From: an uncultured Candidatus Micrarchaeota archaeon
GTDB lineage: Archaea > Micrarchaeota > Micrarchaeia > Anstonellales > Bilamarchaeaceae
Assembly (NCBI GenBank): GCA_963714085.1
Contig: OY970229.1
Location: forward strand, 1,280,001-1,344,000
Reading direction: 5' to 3'
Length of the DNA: 64,000 nt
The translations under genes were made by a program, and so were the position numbers. Shown in pieces: positions 55,419-64,000 of this stretch (the first letter of the stretch is position 1; every line of letters starts with the position of its first letter). The notes beneath the pieces are model-generated. The model saw nothing but the letters and a program-made list of their open reading frames with translations, was not told the origin of the DNA and ran no database searches.

Positions 55419-56264
55419 CTGTTTGAATTCCTGGTCTATGAGTTCGGCAAGCGTGCGCTGGTCGGCGGCCTGATAGTCGCCATCACCTGCGCCGTGCTCG
55501 GGGTCTTCCTGGTCCTGCGCAGGCTCTCCCTCATAGCCGACGGCCTTGGCCATGTTGCGTTCGGCGGCATAGCGTACGGCTTCTTCTCCGGCATCTACCC
55601 GCTGTTCGGCGCCATCGCAGCGGTGGTGCTCGGCTCCCTCGGCATATACGGATTGAGGAGGATCCGCGTGTTCTCGGACGCGGCCATAGGCATGATGTCC
55701 GCCGGGGGGCTGGCGCTCGGCATCGTCCTGGTGAGTCTCACCCAGTCTGTCCCGGCCGACCTCTACAGCTACCTGTTCGGCACGATCCTGGGGATCGCGA
55801 CAAGCAACGTCTACCTCGCCGCCGGCCTGGGTGCGTTCGTGCTCCTGGTTTTGGCGGCACTGTGGAAGGAGTGGATATCCATAACATTGGACGAGGATTT
55901 CGCGAAGGTCAGCGGCATCCCTGTGGAGGCCCTGGAGGTGCTGTTCGTCCTGCTCACCGGCCTCACGGTGGTCATCGCCACCAAGATCGTCGGGGTGCTC
56001 CTGGTATCCAGCCTGATGATAATCCCGGCCAGCACCGCCATCCAGCTGAGGCTCCCCTTCACAAGGACGGTGCTCGCATCCTGCATCATAGCGGTGTTGT
56101 CCGTGCTGGCAGGGTTGCAGATATCCTTCTCCTATAATATCTCCCCCGGAGGGGCTATAGTCCTGGTGTCCATCGCGCTCTTCCTCCTGGCCGCGTCCTT
56201 GACCAGGCTCATTTCCAGGATAAGGCCAGCCCTGACGATCGGCCAGTGGAGCCACACGGACTGA
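55419..56264 (+). CDS. znuB: Zn/Mn ABC transporter permease (probable CTG start)
   Basis: LGVFLVLRRLSLIADGLGHVAFGG, YLFG, VGVLLV; frame is open back to CTG 55419. Confidence 0.88.
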   Translation: MFEFLVYEFGKRALVGGLIVAITCAVLGVFLVLRRLSLIADGLGHVAFGGIAYGFFSGIYPLFGAIAAVVLGSLGIYGLRRIRVFSDAAIGMMSAGGLALGIVLVSLTQSVPADLYSYLFGTILGIATSNVYLAAGLGAFVLLVLAALWKEWISITLDEDFAKVSGIPVEALEVLFVLLTGLTVVIATKIVGVLLVSSLMIIPASTAIQLRLPFTRTVLASCIIAVLSVLAGLQISFSYNISPGGAIVLVSIALFLLAASLTRLISRIRPALTIGQWSHTD

Positions 56265-56318
56265 GTGCCTGGTGATACGTTTAAAAAATGGTGAAACAGA
56301 AATAATTCACTCCTACTT

Positions 56319-56423
56319 GGCCACGGTAGTGTAACGGTAGCATAGGAGCCTGTGGTGTCGTCTTGGCTGAGGCCAGGGCGTCATGGCAAGCTCTTGAACC
56401 GAGTTCGAGTCTCGGCCGTGGCC
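56319..56423 (+). tRNA. tRNA-His(GTG) with encoded G-1 and 33-nt intron (56356-56388) at 37/38
   Basis: Acceptor GCCACGG/CCGTGGC, C73, anticodon arm GGAGC-CTGTGG|A-GCTCT, bulge-helix-bulge junction. Confidence 0.92.
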
Positions 56424-56553
56424 CTATCCTACTTTGCTAGAAGCCAGGATCCTGCGAATCCTCGTGCAGGGCCATCCCGATGGGCCAGGCGATCCAGTCC
56501 GGGCGCTTCGGCCGCCTGGATGGCAAAGAGAGGATGCGATCCATCCACCTGAA

Positions 56554-58611
56554 TCACCTCACCCCCAGGATGGACTTGAAGAAGTCGATTATCTGGCTGA
56601 ATATGTCCTTCTGAGCCGGAGGAGGCGCCGCAGCGTTTGTCGAAGCTGTCGCATTCGCCGCCGGCGCGCCAGATGTGGCATATGCGGAGCTGTTGAGCGC
56701 AGGCTGGGTCGAGTTCTGAGGGGGCGCCGGCCTCGTATTCCCCTGGCTCGTGTTCTGCTCCGGCATCTGCCTCGGAACCAGCGGTCTTGAGAAGTTCTGC
56801 GAGCTGCCATTCTGGGGCTGCAGCGTGATGTTTATCTGGATGGGCGGCATGATCCTCAAGGTGCCTGATAGGTTCAATGTGGAATTGATCGAAGGCACCG
56901 GGAGGCTGGATATGTTCCTGGTCGTGAATCCCCATTGATAATCCACACCGAGGGTCTCCCCGCTCTTGTCTCCTATCCGCGAGGAGAGGTGCGCTACATA
57001 ATCGCTGTCGGGGTCGAGCGTCGAATTGAGCTCGAGCACTGCCAGTTTCGCCGATGCGCTGACCGATGCAGGTATGACCGTGCCGTTCTGGTCGGTCAGC
57101 CAGAACGTGCTGCCGTTGACTGTGCTTTTATCCAGAGGCTCTGAGAACGTGGCATAGATCACGAAATATTCGTCCTTGTAGTTGCTCGCGAAGGAGTCGT
57201 TCGCCGGATGGAACGAGGTAGGCACGAATGGGAAGGACATGTTCAGGATGGATGGAGGTACCCCTATGGATTGCTGGAGCCAGCTGTAGTCCGGAGGAGG
57301 GTTGAAGGCTATCATGGACGGAGAGACCGCTATGTCGTTGACCGTGTCATTGGCGCTAATGGTCTTGAGCTGGCTCATGCTGCTCAGGTCGTAGATGATT
57401 ATGCCGTCCCCGATATCATTCCCCATCCAATCGCTATAGACCGTCGATATGAATGCGTATCTTCCGTCCCCGCTTATCGCTAGATTGGAGGGGTAGTCCT
57501 TATCGGGAGCGGTTACGGTGCCTGAAGAATCCGACGAGTAGAACTTGCTCGGCGTTGTTACCGCATAATCCATGAGCGAGCTGTGGTACGGACCCACCAG
57601 CTGCAGCCCGCTGTATTTGTGGATGGAATACTGCTTGTTGTTGTTCGAGTCGTATGTGTAGCCTATGGCGTAGAGCGTCAGCCCGTCCGATGAGGCGGCC
57701 AAAGCGAGCGGATAGTAATCCGTCGGTATCACCTGCTTGCCCTCATCGATGTCGTCCATCGCGAATATCCCCTTGCGCAGGTTTATCGCGGAATAGACCA
57801 TGTATCCGTACCTTCCGACCGCTACGCTCCTCGGGTACTGGTCATCATTGTTCGTGCTGCCTGGAATCGCGTAGTACGCCCCCTGGTTCTCGCTCCAATC
57901 GAACGAATAGAGCGCGCCCGGATTGTACCATCCGCCGTAGAAAATCATGTTCCCGGTCGGATAGTAGGCGAACTCCTCCATCATCATGGCCTGGCTGGAG
58001 GTTATCTGCCACATCTTGCCCTGCTGGAAATCCATTATCTTCACTCCGCCGTAGGATTCGGGGCTGAAGTCCTGGTACCCGAGGTAGATTTTGCCATCAG
58101 GTGAGACAGAAAGGTGCTCCGGATAGATGTTGTCTATCTCGAAATAATCGACCGGTTGATCGGTGGTGGTGTTAATCCGCACCACCCTGCTGTATCTGTT
58201 GTAATAATCCCCGGTAGGGTCGCTCACATGCTCTTCCCACGAATAAACCATGTAGAGATACGATCCGTCCGGAGAGACTGCGACGGCCTCGACTACCGAG
58301 TTATCCGCATCCGGCTTTATGCTCGAGACGATGTTCATGGTGGAGGTGTCTATCACAAGGACCGATTTCTGGGTCGCGGCATAAGCCATGGGCCCCTGCT
58401 CCAAGACGAACTGCGGTATCGTGGTATTGCTTATCAGGCTGATGTTGGCCATGAGCTGGAAGCTGCCGCCCGATGCGTTGGCCGCGGTCATCTGCGTGCT
58501 TATCACCGGGTTATTAAGGCCAGAGCCCGGAGCCATGGCGGCCAGAGAGGAACCGGCCATCAGCAAAAGAGCGAATACCACACAAACGGCAGAATCCCTT
58601 AGAATGACCAT
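56554..58611 (-). CDS. Secreted YncE-like beta-propeller with Ig-like (Big_5-type) domain
   Basis: Signal peptide; AVSPDG repeats; TFSEPLDKSTV..L.PDSDY..Y.W.FTT; Pro/Ala linker and amphipathic tail. Confidence 0.8.
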   Translation of the reverse strand: MVILRDSAVCVVFALLLMAGSSLAAMAPGSGLNNPVISTQMTAANASGGSFQLMANISLISNTTIPQFVLEQGPMAYAATQKSVLVIDTSTMNIVSSIKPDADNSVVEAVAVSPDGSYLYMVYSWEEHVSDPTGDYYNRYSRVVRINTTTDQPVDYFEIDNIYPEHLSVSPDGKIYLGYQDFSPESYGGVKIMDFQQGKMWQITSSQAMMMEEFAYYPTGNMIFYGGWYNPGALYSFDWSENQGAYYAIPGSTNNDDQYPRSVAVGRYGYMVYSAINLRKGIFAMDDIDEGKQVIPTDYYPLALAASSDGLTLYAIGYTYDSNNNKQYSIHKYSGLQLVGPYHSSLMDYAVTTPSKFYSSDSSGTVTAPDKDYPSNLAISGDGRYAFISTVYSDWMGNDIGDGIIIYDLSSMSQLKTISANDTVNDIAVSPSMIAFNPPPDYSWLQQSIGVPPSILNMSFPFVPTSFHPANDSFASNYKDEYFVIYATFSEPLDKSTVNGSTFWLTDQNGTVIPASVSASAKLAVLELNSTLDPDSDYVAHLSSRIGDKSGETLGVDYQWGFTTRNISSLPVPSINSTLNLSGTLRIMPPIQINITLQPQNGSSQNFSRPLVPRQMPEQNTSQGNTRPAPPQNSTQPALNSSAYATSGAPAANATASTNAAAPPPAQKDIFSQIIDFFKSILGVR

Positions 58612-58743
58612 CCAATCGACCAATCCAATTACTTGTCGAAGGATTAATAATATTGCATAAAACCGATTTTCCAGCCGCCATGGTGCCGGAAGAGAGGCGG
58701 TCCTCACTCTAGCTCCCGGTCTATTTAAATAAAAAAAGAAGGT

Positions 58744-61700
58744 CTATTTCTTTTTGCTGGCCCTCGGCTTGGGCATCATGAAGATTATGCCCCCGATCAC
58801 CACTATCACGACCAGGAGGATTGTTCCGAAGAGCAGCCAGTTGGTGCCAGGAGGCGCTGGAGCCGGGGCGGATACCGAGGATGAGGCGGGCGCCTGGGGC
58901 GCGCTCGTGGGGGCTCCGGCGGCGTTCAATGCCGCCTGTTCCGCCTCGTTCGCGAACTGCATGGCGCCGGTATAATTGCCCGCTGCCAAAGCCGCATTGG
59001 CCTCTCCAAGCAGGGTGTTGGCAGACGAGGTGTCCTTCCCTGCCTGCTCGGCATTGCTGATGGCCGCAGTCGCGGCGGATATCGCGTCGGACGCGTCCTG
59101 CTGCGTCGGCCCTGACGGCGTCACATTGGCGGGAGCTGTCGTATTGGTCGTCTGCCCGGTCGTGTTTGTCGTCACGTTCTGGGTCCCGTTGTTATTCTGT
59201 TGCGGGGGGACGTAGGGCGGCGTGCTATTGGTCGGGCACAAGGCCAGGTCGAACGGATCCGATGTGTAGGACTTGTAATCGCTTGAAGTCGGCTGGTAGA
59301 CCTTGTAAGTCCCGGTCGCAGTTATAGTGAAGATCGCATTTCCGTACTGGTCCGACCGCTCGGTGTCGCTGTAGCCGTTCGACGTCCCTATCAACCTGAC
59401 ATCCAAACCGGACGCGCCATCCGCTGCGGTCAAGGTGACCTGCCCGCTCGTGCAGTCGAACTGCTCGGTCCAGGTCGTGGATTTCAGGTTCGTTGCGCTG
59501 GATGTTGACGTCGGCCCGGTGTTCGTAGGCGCAGGAGGCGGCAACGTGCCGGACTGGGTCAGGGGCGCGTAGTCCGTCACACCCACGGTCTTGCCCAAGG
59601 AATCAGCGTCGTCATACGGGTAGCCGCTGCCTTCCGATCCTATGAAATACTGCGGGAAGCCGGTCGACAGGTTGGTCCCTGCCACCACGACCTGCCCGTT
59701 GATCACATTCGCCCAGATGTTGCCCTCGTCCGTGTCGGATGGGGTCGTGGCATCATAGGCGTTTCCGCCGTTCGAGTCATTGACGTAGAGCCCGGGCGTG
59801 TCCACGAAGGTGTTCCAGTAGAATGTGTTCTCTCCGGAGTCCGAATCCAGGGTGAGAAGGTCCGAAGACGGCGATGACAGCGTGTTGTTCACGAAAAGGT
59901 TGTCTCCGGCATCCTGCAGGTTAACGACCGGCATCTGGGATTCGAACGTATTGTTCGCTACCAAGTTGTCCCCGGTGTCCTGCAGCAGGAGCGCGGAACG
60001 GTCATAATCGTAGAGGAAACCCTGGTATCCGGTGCCTGCGACGAGGGAAGTCTGGTCCGTGACGGTATTGATGCTTCGGACGCGGTTGTTGTCGGTGTCC
60101 GCGATGTACACCGTATTGCCCGGCCCGGCCGAAAGGCCTTCTGGGTAATGGAAGCTGGCGCCGGATCCGATGCCTTCCTGGTAATACGTGCTCAGATTCC
60201 CGGCTACGAAATACGTCTGGCCAGTGTCCACGTTCACTTTCCTGATCAGCGAGTTGCTGCTGTCGGATATGTAGAGGAAACCGTCCTGGCCGAAGGCAAG
60301 GCCATACGGATAGCAGAAGGAAGCCGAAGTGTTGACCCCCTCAGCGTACCCGCAATTGCTTTGCGGGCTGCCGGTCACGTAATACGTCCCCGTGGTCGTG
60401 ATGTTGATCCTCCTTATCACGCCATTTTCGCTGTCTGCGACGTAGAGATAGCCGTCGGGTCCGAAAGTGAGCGCTTCGGGGTAACTGAATCTGGCATAAG
60501 ACCCGTTCGTATCGTTTTCCACGTAGCCCCAGCTATCCGGGGTACCCGCTACCAGGGACGTTTCGTTGGTCGTGACATTGATCTTCCTTATTACGGTATT
60601 GTCGGAGTCCGCGACGTAGAGGTAGCCGTCGGGCCCGGATACGAAGCCTCGGGGCCAATCGAATTCTGCGGAAGAGCCGTTACCGTCCTGATAACCGCAA
60701 CTGCCCGTGTTTCCTGCCACGAGGAAGGTCTCGTTGGTCGTGACGTTTATCTTCCTTATCGCACAGTAGTCCGAGACGTAGAGGTAGCCATCGGGCCCGA
60801 AAGCGAGGGCCATAGGGTATCTGAACAGCGCGCCGGATCCGATGCCTTCCTGGTAGCCGTAAGCCTGGGGCTGCCCTGCGACCACGTCGGTTTCGGAAGT
60901 CGTGGTGTTTACCCTCTCTATGACACGGTTGTCCTCGTCGCTCACGTAGACATAGCCGTCCGGGCCGTACGCCACATCTTGCGGATAGTCGAATGCGGAC
61001 GCCGTGCCTGCCGTGCTGACCGAGTTGCCCAGGATCGTGTCCGAATGAGCTCCGTCGGTCAGGCTGATGCCGTTTACGGCCTGGGATATGGTGTTCCCGG
61101 AGATTAGGTCGCCCGAGTCATCGTCGGTATAGACCCCCCAGGTGACGCCGGATATGCCGTTGTCCAGCAATTGCGTGTCGCTCTCCTCATAGAGGTAGAG
61201 CCCTATGCTGGAGCTAGCGCCGGTTATGGAGTTATTGAACACCACGTTGCCGCTGGAGTACGGAAGCGAACCCCCTGCCAGGGCCGGGGAGCCGTGCGTG
61301 TAGTTGCGGGTGTCCCATGTGGACAGGTACGCGGTGTGGGCTGCATCGGACGGATAGCTCTCGTTCGACTGATATGGGTAGTTGGACATGTTTTTGAACG
61401 GCAGCGGGTCCACTGTCCCGCCGTACACGTTCGAGGCCGGCTTGTAGTAATCGTAGCTGTAGAAGAGGAAATCCCTGACATCGCTGGAGTTCTGCATCGC
61501 GACATACGGGAACTGGGCGCTGATCTCGTCTCCGTGGCGCATTATGACGTACTCGTCGTCCACTGACGCGAGCAGCGGCGTGACATCGCCGTATTTCGTG
61601 AAGTCGCCCGTCGGATTGGAATAGAGCGTATCATTGATGACCGAGTTGTAATCGTATTGCGGGACCACGCCTCCGCTGTAGTTGGAGTACCCGCGCCAAT

Positions 61701-64000
61701 GCAGGTCCGCGGATTCCGGCGAATACGTGTTGACCGTGAAGTTCTGCTGCGGAGAGGTGTCGAGCGCCACATAATCGAAGCTCGAGCGGACGAAGCCGAG
61801 CTTCACCGAGACGTCGCTGGTGTTGACCTTCCCAGTCAGGTTGATCACGTACGTCCTGGGCAATCCAGAGGGCCGCTTTATGTCGCTGTTCGAATAGACG
61901 GTCACCCACTTCCCCTGCGCGTTCTTCACCTGTACGAGACGGGTGTTGGACGAACCGTTCCCGAACGTGCTGAATCCGGTCAAAACCAGCTTCATGTCAT
62001 TGGCGCTGACGTTGCCGAAGTCGAGGGTGAGGTTGTTCATCGTGTCGTTCTCCGCGAGGGCGTAATACCCGTCCTGCGCCGAGACCTGCGCCAGGCAATT
62101 CTTGCCGTTCCCGTCTATGCACGAGATCGGCGCGGTGAGGCTCTTCCCGACCGTGTATATCTTGCCGAGGTCCGAGCGCAGGAGGCCCGGATAGACGTCG
62201 AAAGCGGGCGAGTGGTCTACGGTGACGAGCGCGACCTGGTCCAGGTATGATATCTCATCGTATTCCTCGGTCACCTGCATGTCGTATGTGCCGTTGGCCT
62301 CATCCAGCTGGTCCGAGCTTATCTTGGCATAGTCGCCCGGGATCGATTTCTTATAGGTGCCGTTCCCCAGATTGACTCCCAGGATGCCGGATTCAGCCGA
62401 TATGTCGGTCACCATCCCGTAGCCCGTGCCGTTCCACGAATAAAGGAACGGGCAAGAGGACTCCTCGTCGTAATAGTTGGAGAGCAGCGCGTTGTTTATG
62501 GTGTTGAGGCCGATCTGGTTGTAATTCGAGTACCAGACGCCGAACCCGTTCTGGTCCCCGTCCATGCTGTTGTTCAGCACGGAGTCGTAGTCTGAATAAT
62601 AGAGATAGAAGCCGTCGTAGTTGTTCGAGAGGTTGTTCTGGGTTATCGTCCCGTTCTCGTTGTATTCGAAGTCAATCCCGTAATAGAGATCCTTCATGTT
62701 GCAGTTCTCGACGGTCGTGTTGAAGGAATCCGAGTAGACGCCGTCCCCGACCGGGTTATAGTACTGATAAAATCCGCTGTTCGAGGGCCCGATTATGGAA
62801 TGGCCCGAGCAATCGACCGTGACATTGTCCGCTTCCACGTCCAGGCACGAGGGTCCGTTCGAATTCCCTGCGAGGCCGTGCATGTCCCTAGTGAGGTTGT
62901 ACACGCTGTTCGGGGTATCCAGGACATGGCAAATGCTTGTATTGTCCGTTGAAGCGGTCAGCGGGGCGTAGTCGGTATCGCCGTATACCCTGTAGCCAGA
63001 CGAGTCATAGTCGTACGGCACTGCGCCATCGGTCCCTATGTACATGCCGGAGATGGACGAAGGCACTGATCCTGACACGGGGTCCGTGCCGTCCATGACG
63101 TTCGCATAGATGTTCCCCTGGTTCTTTCCGTCCACGGTGGCGTTGAGGTAGTTGTTTTCCCACGGGTTATACACGTAATACTGATCGGTCTGGGTGAAAT
63201 TGTTCAGGTAGAAGACGTTATAGTACGAGTCGTAATATATAAAGACCAATTCCCCCGAATTCCCGCTGACAGAAATGAACGTGTTGTTGGCGAAAGTATT
63301 GTAGTTGCAATCGTAGTAGATATACACGGGGGTGCTCGTCGTCGATGATATCGTGGAGTTGGCGACGGTATTGTACGAGCTGTAATAGTAATACACCCCG
63401 TATTTCCCAGGGCTGCTGAGCCGGCTCCCTGATATCGTGTTGTTATTCGATTCATGGAAATAGGCGCCGATGAAGTCATTGGACGTGGATGATGCATTGA
63501 CTCCGGTGAGTGTATTATATTCGGAATAGTCTAGATATACTCCGTAGTAGTCGGAGGACGCGTTCAGATTGGTGAACGTGTTATTGGAGGAATCGTAGGC
63601 ATATACGCCATATTCATCTCCGGATGATGCGTTGACATTGGTGAAGGTGTTATTGTAGGCTGAATACAAGTATACGCCGTAATCGCCTTCGGGCGAAGAA
63701 GCTTGGACATTGGCGAAGGCATTGCCGTTCGAATAGTAATCGTTGATGGCTTGCGAACCGTTGGTGGTCACGGAGGTGTTGAGGACGCTGACGGATCCGG
63801 ATGGCGATTGCAGATAGATGCCGTTTCCATCGTTAGCGGATATGCTGGAATTGGTCAGAGTGTCGTTCATCGTGTTGTAATAATCGACGCCGTCGCTGAA
63901 ATCCTGCACGGTGCAGTTCCCCACGGTCATGTTGTTCGCGTCCTGGACAACGATGCCTGCGCCAGTGCCGTCCCCGGTGATGTTATAGCCACGGCAGTTG
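58744..64000 (-). CDS. Very large surface glycoprotein: beta-helix (PbH1/NosD) repeats, NHL propeller, C-terminal TM anchor (5' truncated)
   Basis: GVYLYSxxNNTF repeats, SCPFLYSWNG domain, about 6 FxYP..GPDGYLYVADS repeats, many NxS/T sequons, TM plus basic tail. Confidence 0.88.
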   Translation of the reverse strand, partial: NCRGYNITGDGTGAGIVVQDANNMTVGNCTVQDFSDGVDYYNTMNDTLTNSSISANDGNGIYLQSPSGSVSVLNTSVTTNGSQAINDYYSNGNAFANVQASSPEGDYGVYLYSAYNNTFTNVNASSGDEYGVYAYDSSNNTFTNLNASSDYYGVYLDYSEYNTLTGVNASSTSNDFIGAYFHESNNNTISGSRLSSPGKYGVYYYYSSYNTVANSTISSTTSTPVYIYYDCNYNTFANNTFISVSGNSGELVFIYYDSYYNVFYLNNFTQTDQYYVYNPWENNYLNATVDGKNQGNIYANVMDGTDPVSGSVPSSISGMYIGTDGAVPYDYDSSGYRVYGDTDYAPLTASTDNTSICHVLDTPNSVYNLTRDMHGLAGNSNGPSCLDVEADNVTVDCSGHSIIGPSNSGFYQYYNPVGDGVYSDSFNTTVENCNMKDLYYGIDFEYNENGTITQNNLSNNYDGFYLYYSDYDSVLNNSMDGDQNGFGVWYSNYNQIGLNTINNALLSNYYDEESSCPFLYSWNGTGYGMVTDISAESGILGVNLGNGTYKKSIPGDYAKISSDQLDEANGTYDMQVTEEYDEISYLDQVALVTVDHSPAFDVYPGLLRSDLGKIYTVGKSLTAPISCIDGNGKNCLAQVSAQDGYYALAENDTMNNLTLDFGNVSANDMKLVLTGFSTFGNGSSNTRLVQVKNAQGKWVTVYSNSDIKRPSGLPRTYVINLTGKVNTSDVSVKLGFVRSSFDYVALDTSPQQNFTVNTYSPESADLHWRGYSNYSGGVVPQYDYNSVINDTLYSNPTGDFTKYGDVTPLLASVDDEYVIMRHGDEISAQFPYVAMQNSSDVRDFLFYSYDYYKPASNVYGGTVDPLPFKNMSNYPYQSNESYPSDAAHTAYLSTWDTRNYTHGSPALAGGSLPYSSGNVVFNNSITGASSSIGLYLYEESDTQLLDNGISGVTWGVYTDDDSGDLISGNTISQAVNGISLTDGAHSDTILGNSVSTAGTASAFDYPQDVAYGPDGYVYVSDEDNRVIERVNTTTSETDVVAGQPQAYGYQEGIGSGALFRYPMALAFGPDGYLYVSDYCAIRKINVTTNETFLVAGNTGSCGYQDGNGSSAEFDWPRGFVSGPDGYLYVADSDNTVIRKINVTTNETSLVAGTPDSWGYVENDTNGSYARFSYPEALTFGPDGYLYVADSENGVIRRINITTTGTYYVTGSPQSNCGYAEGVNTSASFCYPYGLAFGQDGFLYISDSSNSLIRKVNVDTGQTYFVAGNLSTYYQEGIGSGASFHYPEGLSAGPGNTVYIADTDNNRVRSINTVTDQTSLVAGTGYQGFLYDYDRSALLLQDTGDNLVANNTFESQMPVVNLQDAGDNLFVNNTLSSPSSDLLTLDSDSGENTFYWNTFVDTPGLYVNDSNGGNAYDATTPSDTDEGNIWANVINGQVVVAGTNLSTGFPQYFIGSEGSGYPYDDADSLGKTVGVTDYAPLTQSGTLPPPAPTNTGPTSTSSATNLKSTTWTEQFDCTSGQVTLTAADGASGLDVRLIGTSNGYSDTERSDQYGNAIFTITATGTYKVYQPTSSDYKSYTSDPFDLALCPTNSTPPYVPPQQNNNGTQNVTTNTTGQTTNTTAPANVTPSGPTQQDASDAISAATAAISNAEQAGKDTSSANTLLGEANAALAAGNYTGAMQFANEAEQAALNAAGAPTSAPQAPASSSVSAPAPAPPGTNWLLFGTILLVVIVVIGGIIFMMPKPRASKKK

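Noticed and set aside
56430..56550. Possible structured RNA or 35-aa ORF after tRNA-His
   Set aside because: Short GC-rich hairpins only, with no recognisable family or second copy.
58691..58700. AGAGAGGCGG matching the loop of the tandem RNA
   Set aside because: A 10-nt match is plausible by chance, and it is in the same sense as the loop on the downstream gene's mRNA, so it is not an antisense target.

Overview
Archaeal genomic window. TATA boxes, GGTGA-type ribosome-binding sites, a TFB paralogue, NreA, XPF, an intein-bearing RtcB and a BHB-intron tRNA point to an archaeon; gene content suggests DPANN, probably Micrarchaeota (inference). It holds three tRNAs (Asn, Glu, intron-containing His) and two tyrosine-integrase islands. 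The first island (1-9256) sits at tRNA-Asn and runs off the left edge; it carries an AbiEi/AbiEii toxin-antitoxin pair, a membrane HerA/VirD4-like ATPase fused to wHTH and nuclease domains, and a TFB-like gene. The second (28203-35148) sits at tRNA-Glu and resolves into a ~6 kb integrase element plus a 938-bp integrase-less methyltransferase cassette, joined by readable attL, attP-like and attR junctions. Core genes include an arginine catabolism cluster (ArcE-like arginine synthetase, carbamate kinase, class III aminotransferase, aldehyde dehydrogenase), uvrBAC, rtcB with a 133-aa mini-intein, a Zn/Mn ABC transporter with a NikR-like regulator, and large surface proteins. Main unexplained signals: the tandem att-bounded cassette array; three anchor-cargo-duplicated-anchor insertions (rtcB tail, uvrC tail, element right arm); a fluoride riboswitch ahead of two uncharacterised small genes; and a tandem pair of covarying RNA hairpins with an invariant 14-nt loop segment. 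All protein calls are from motif recognition only; no database searches were run.
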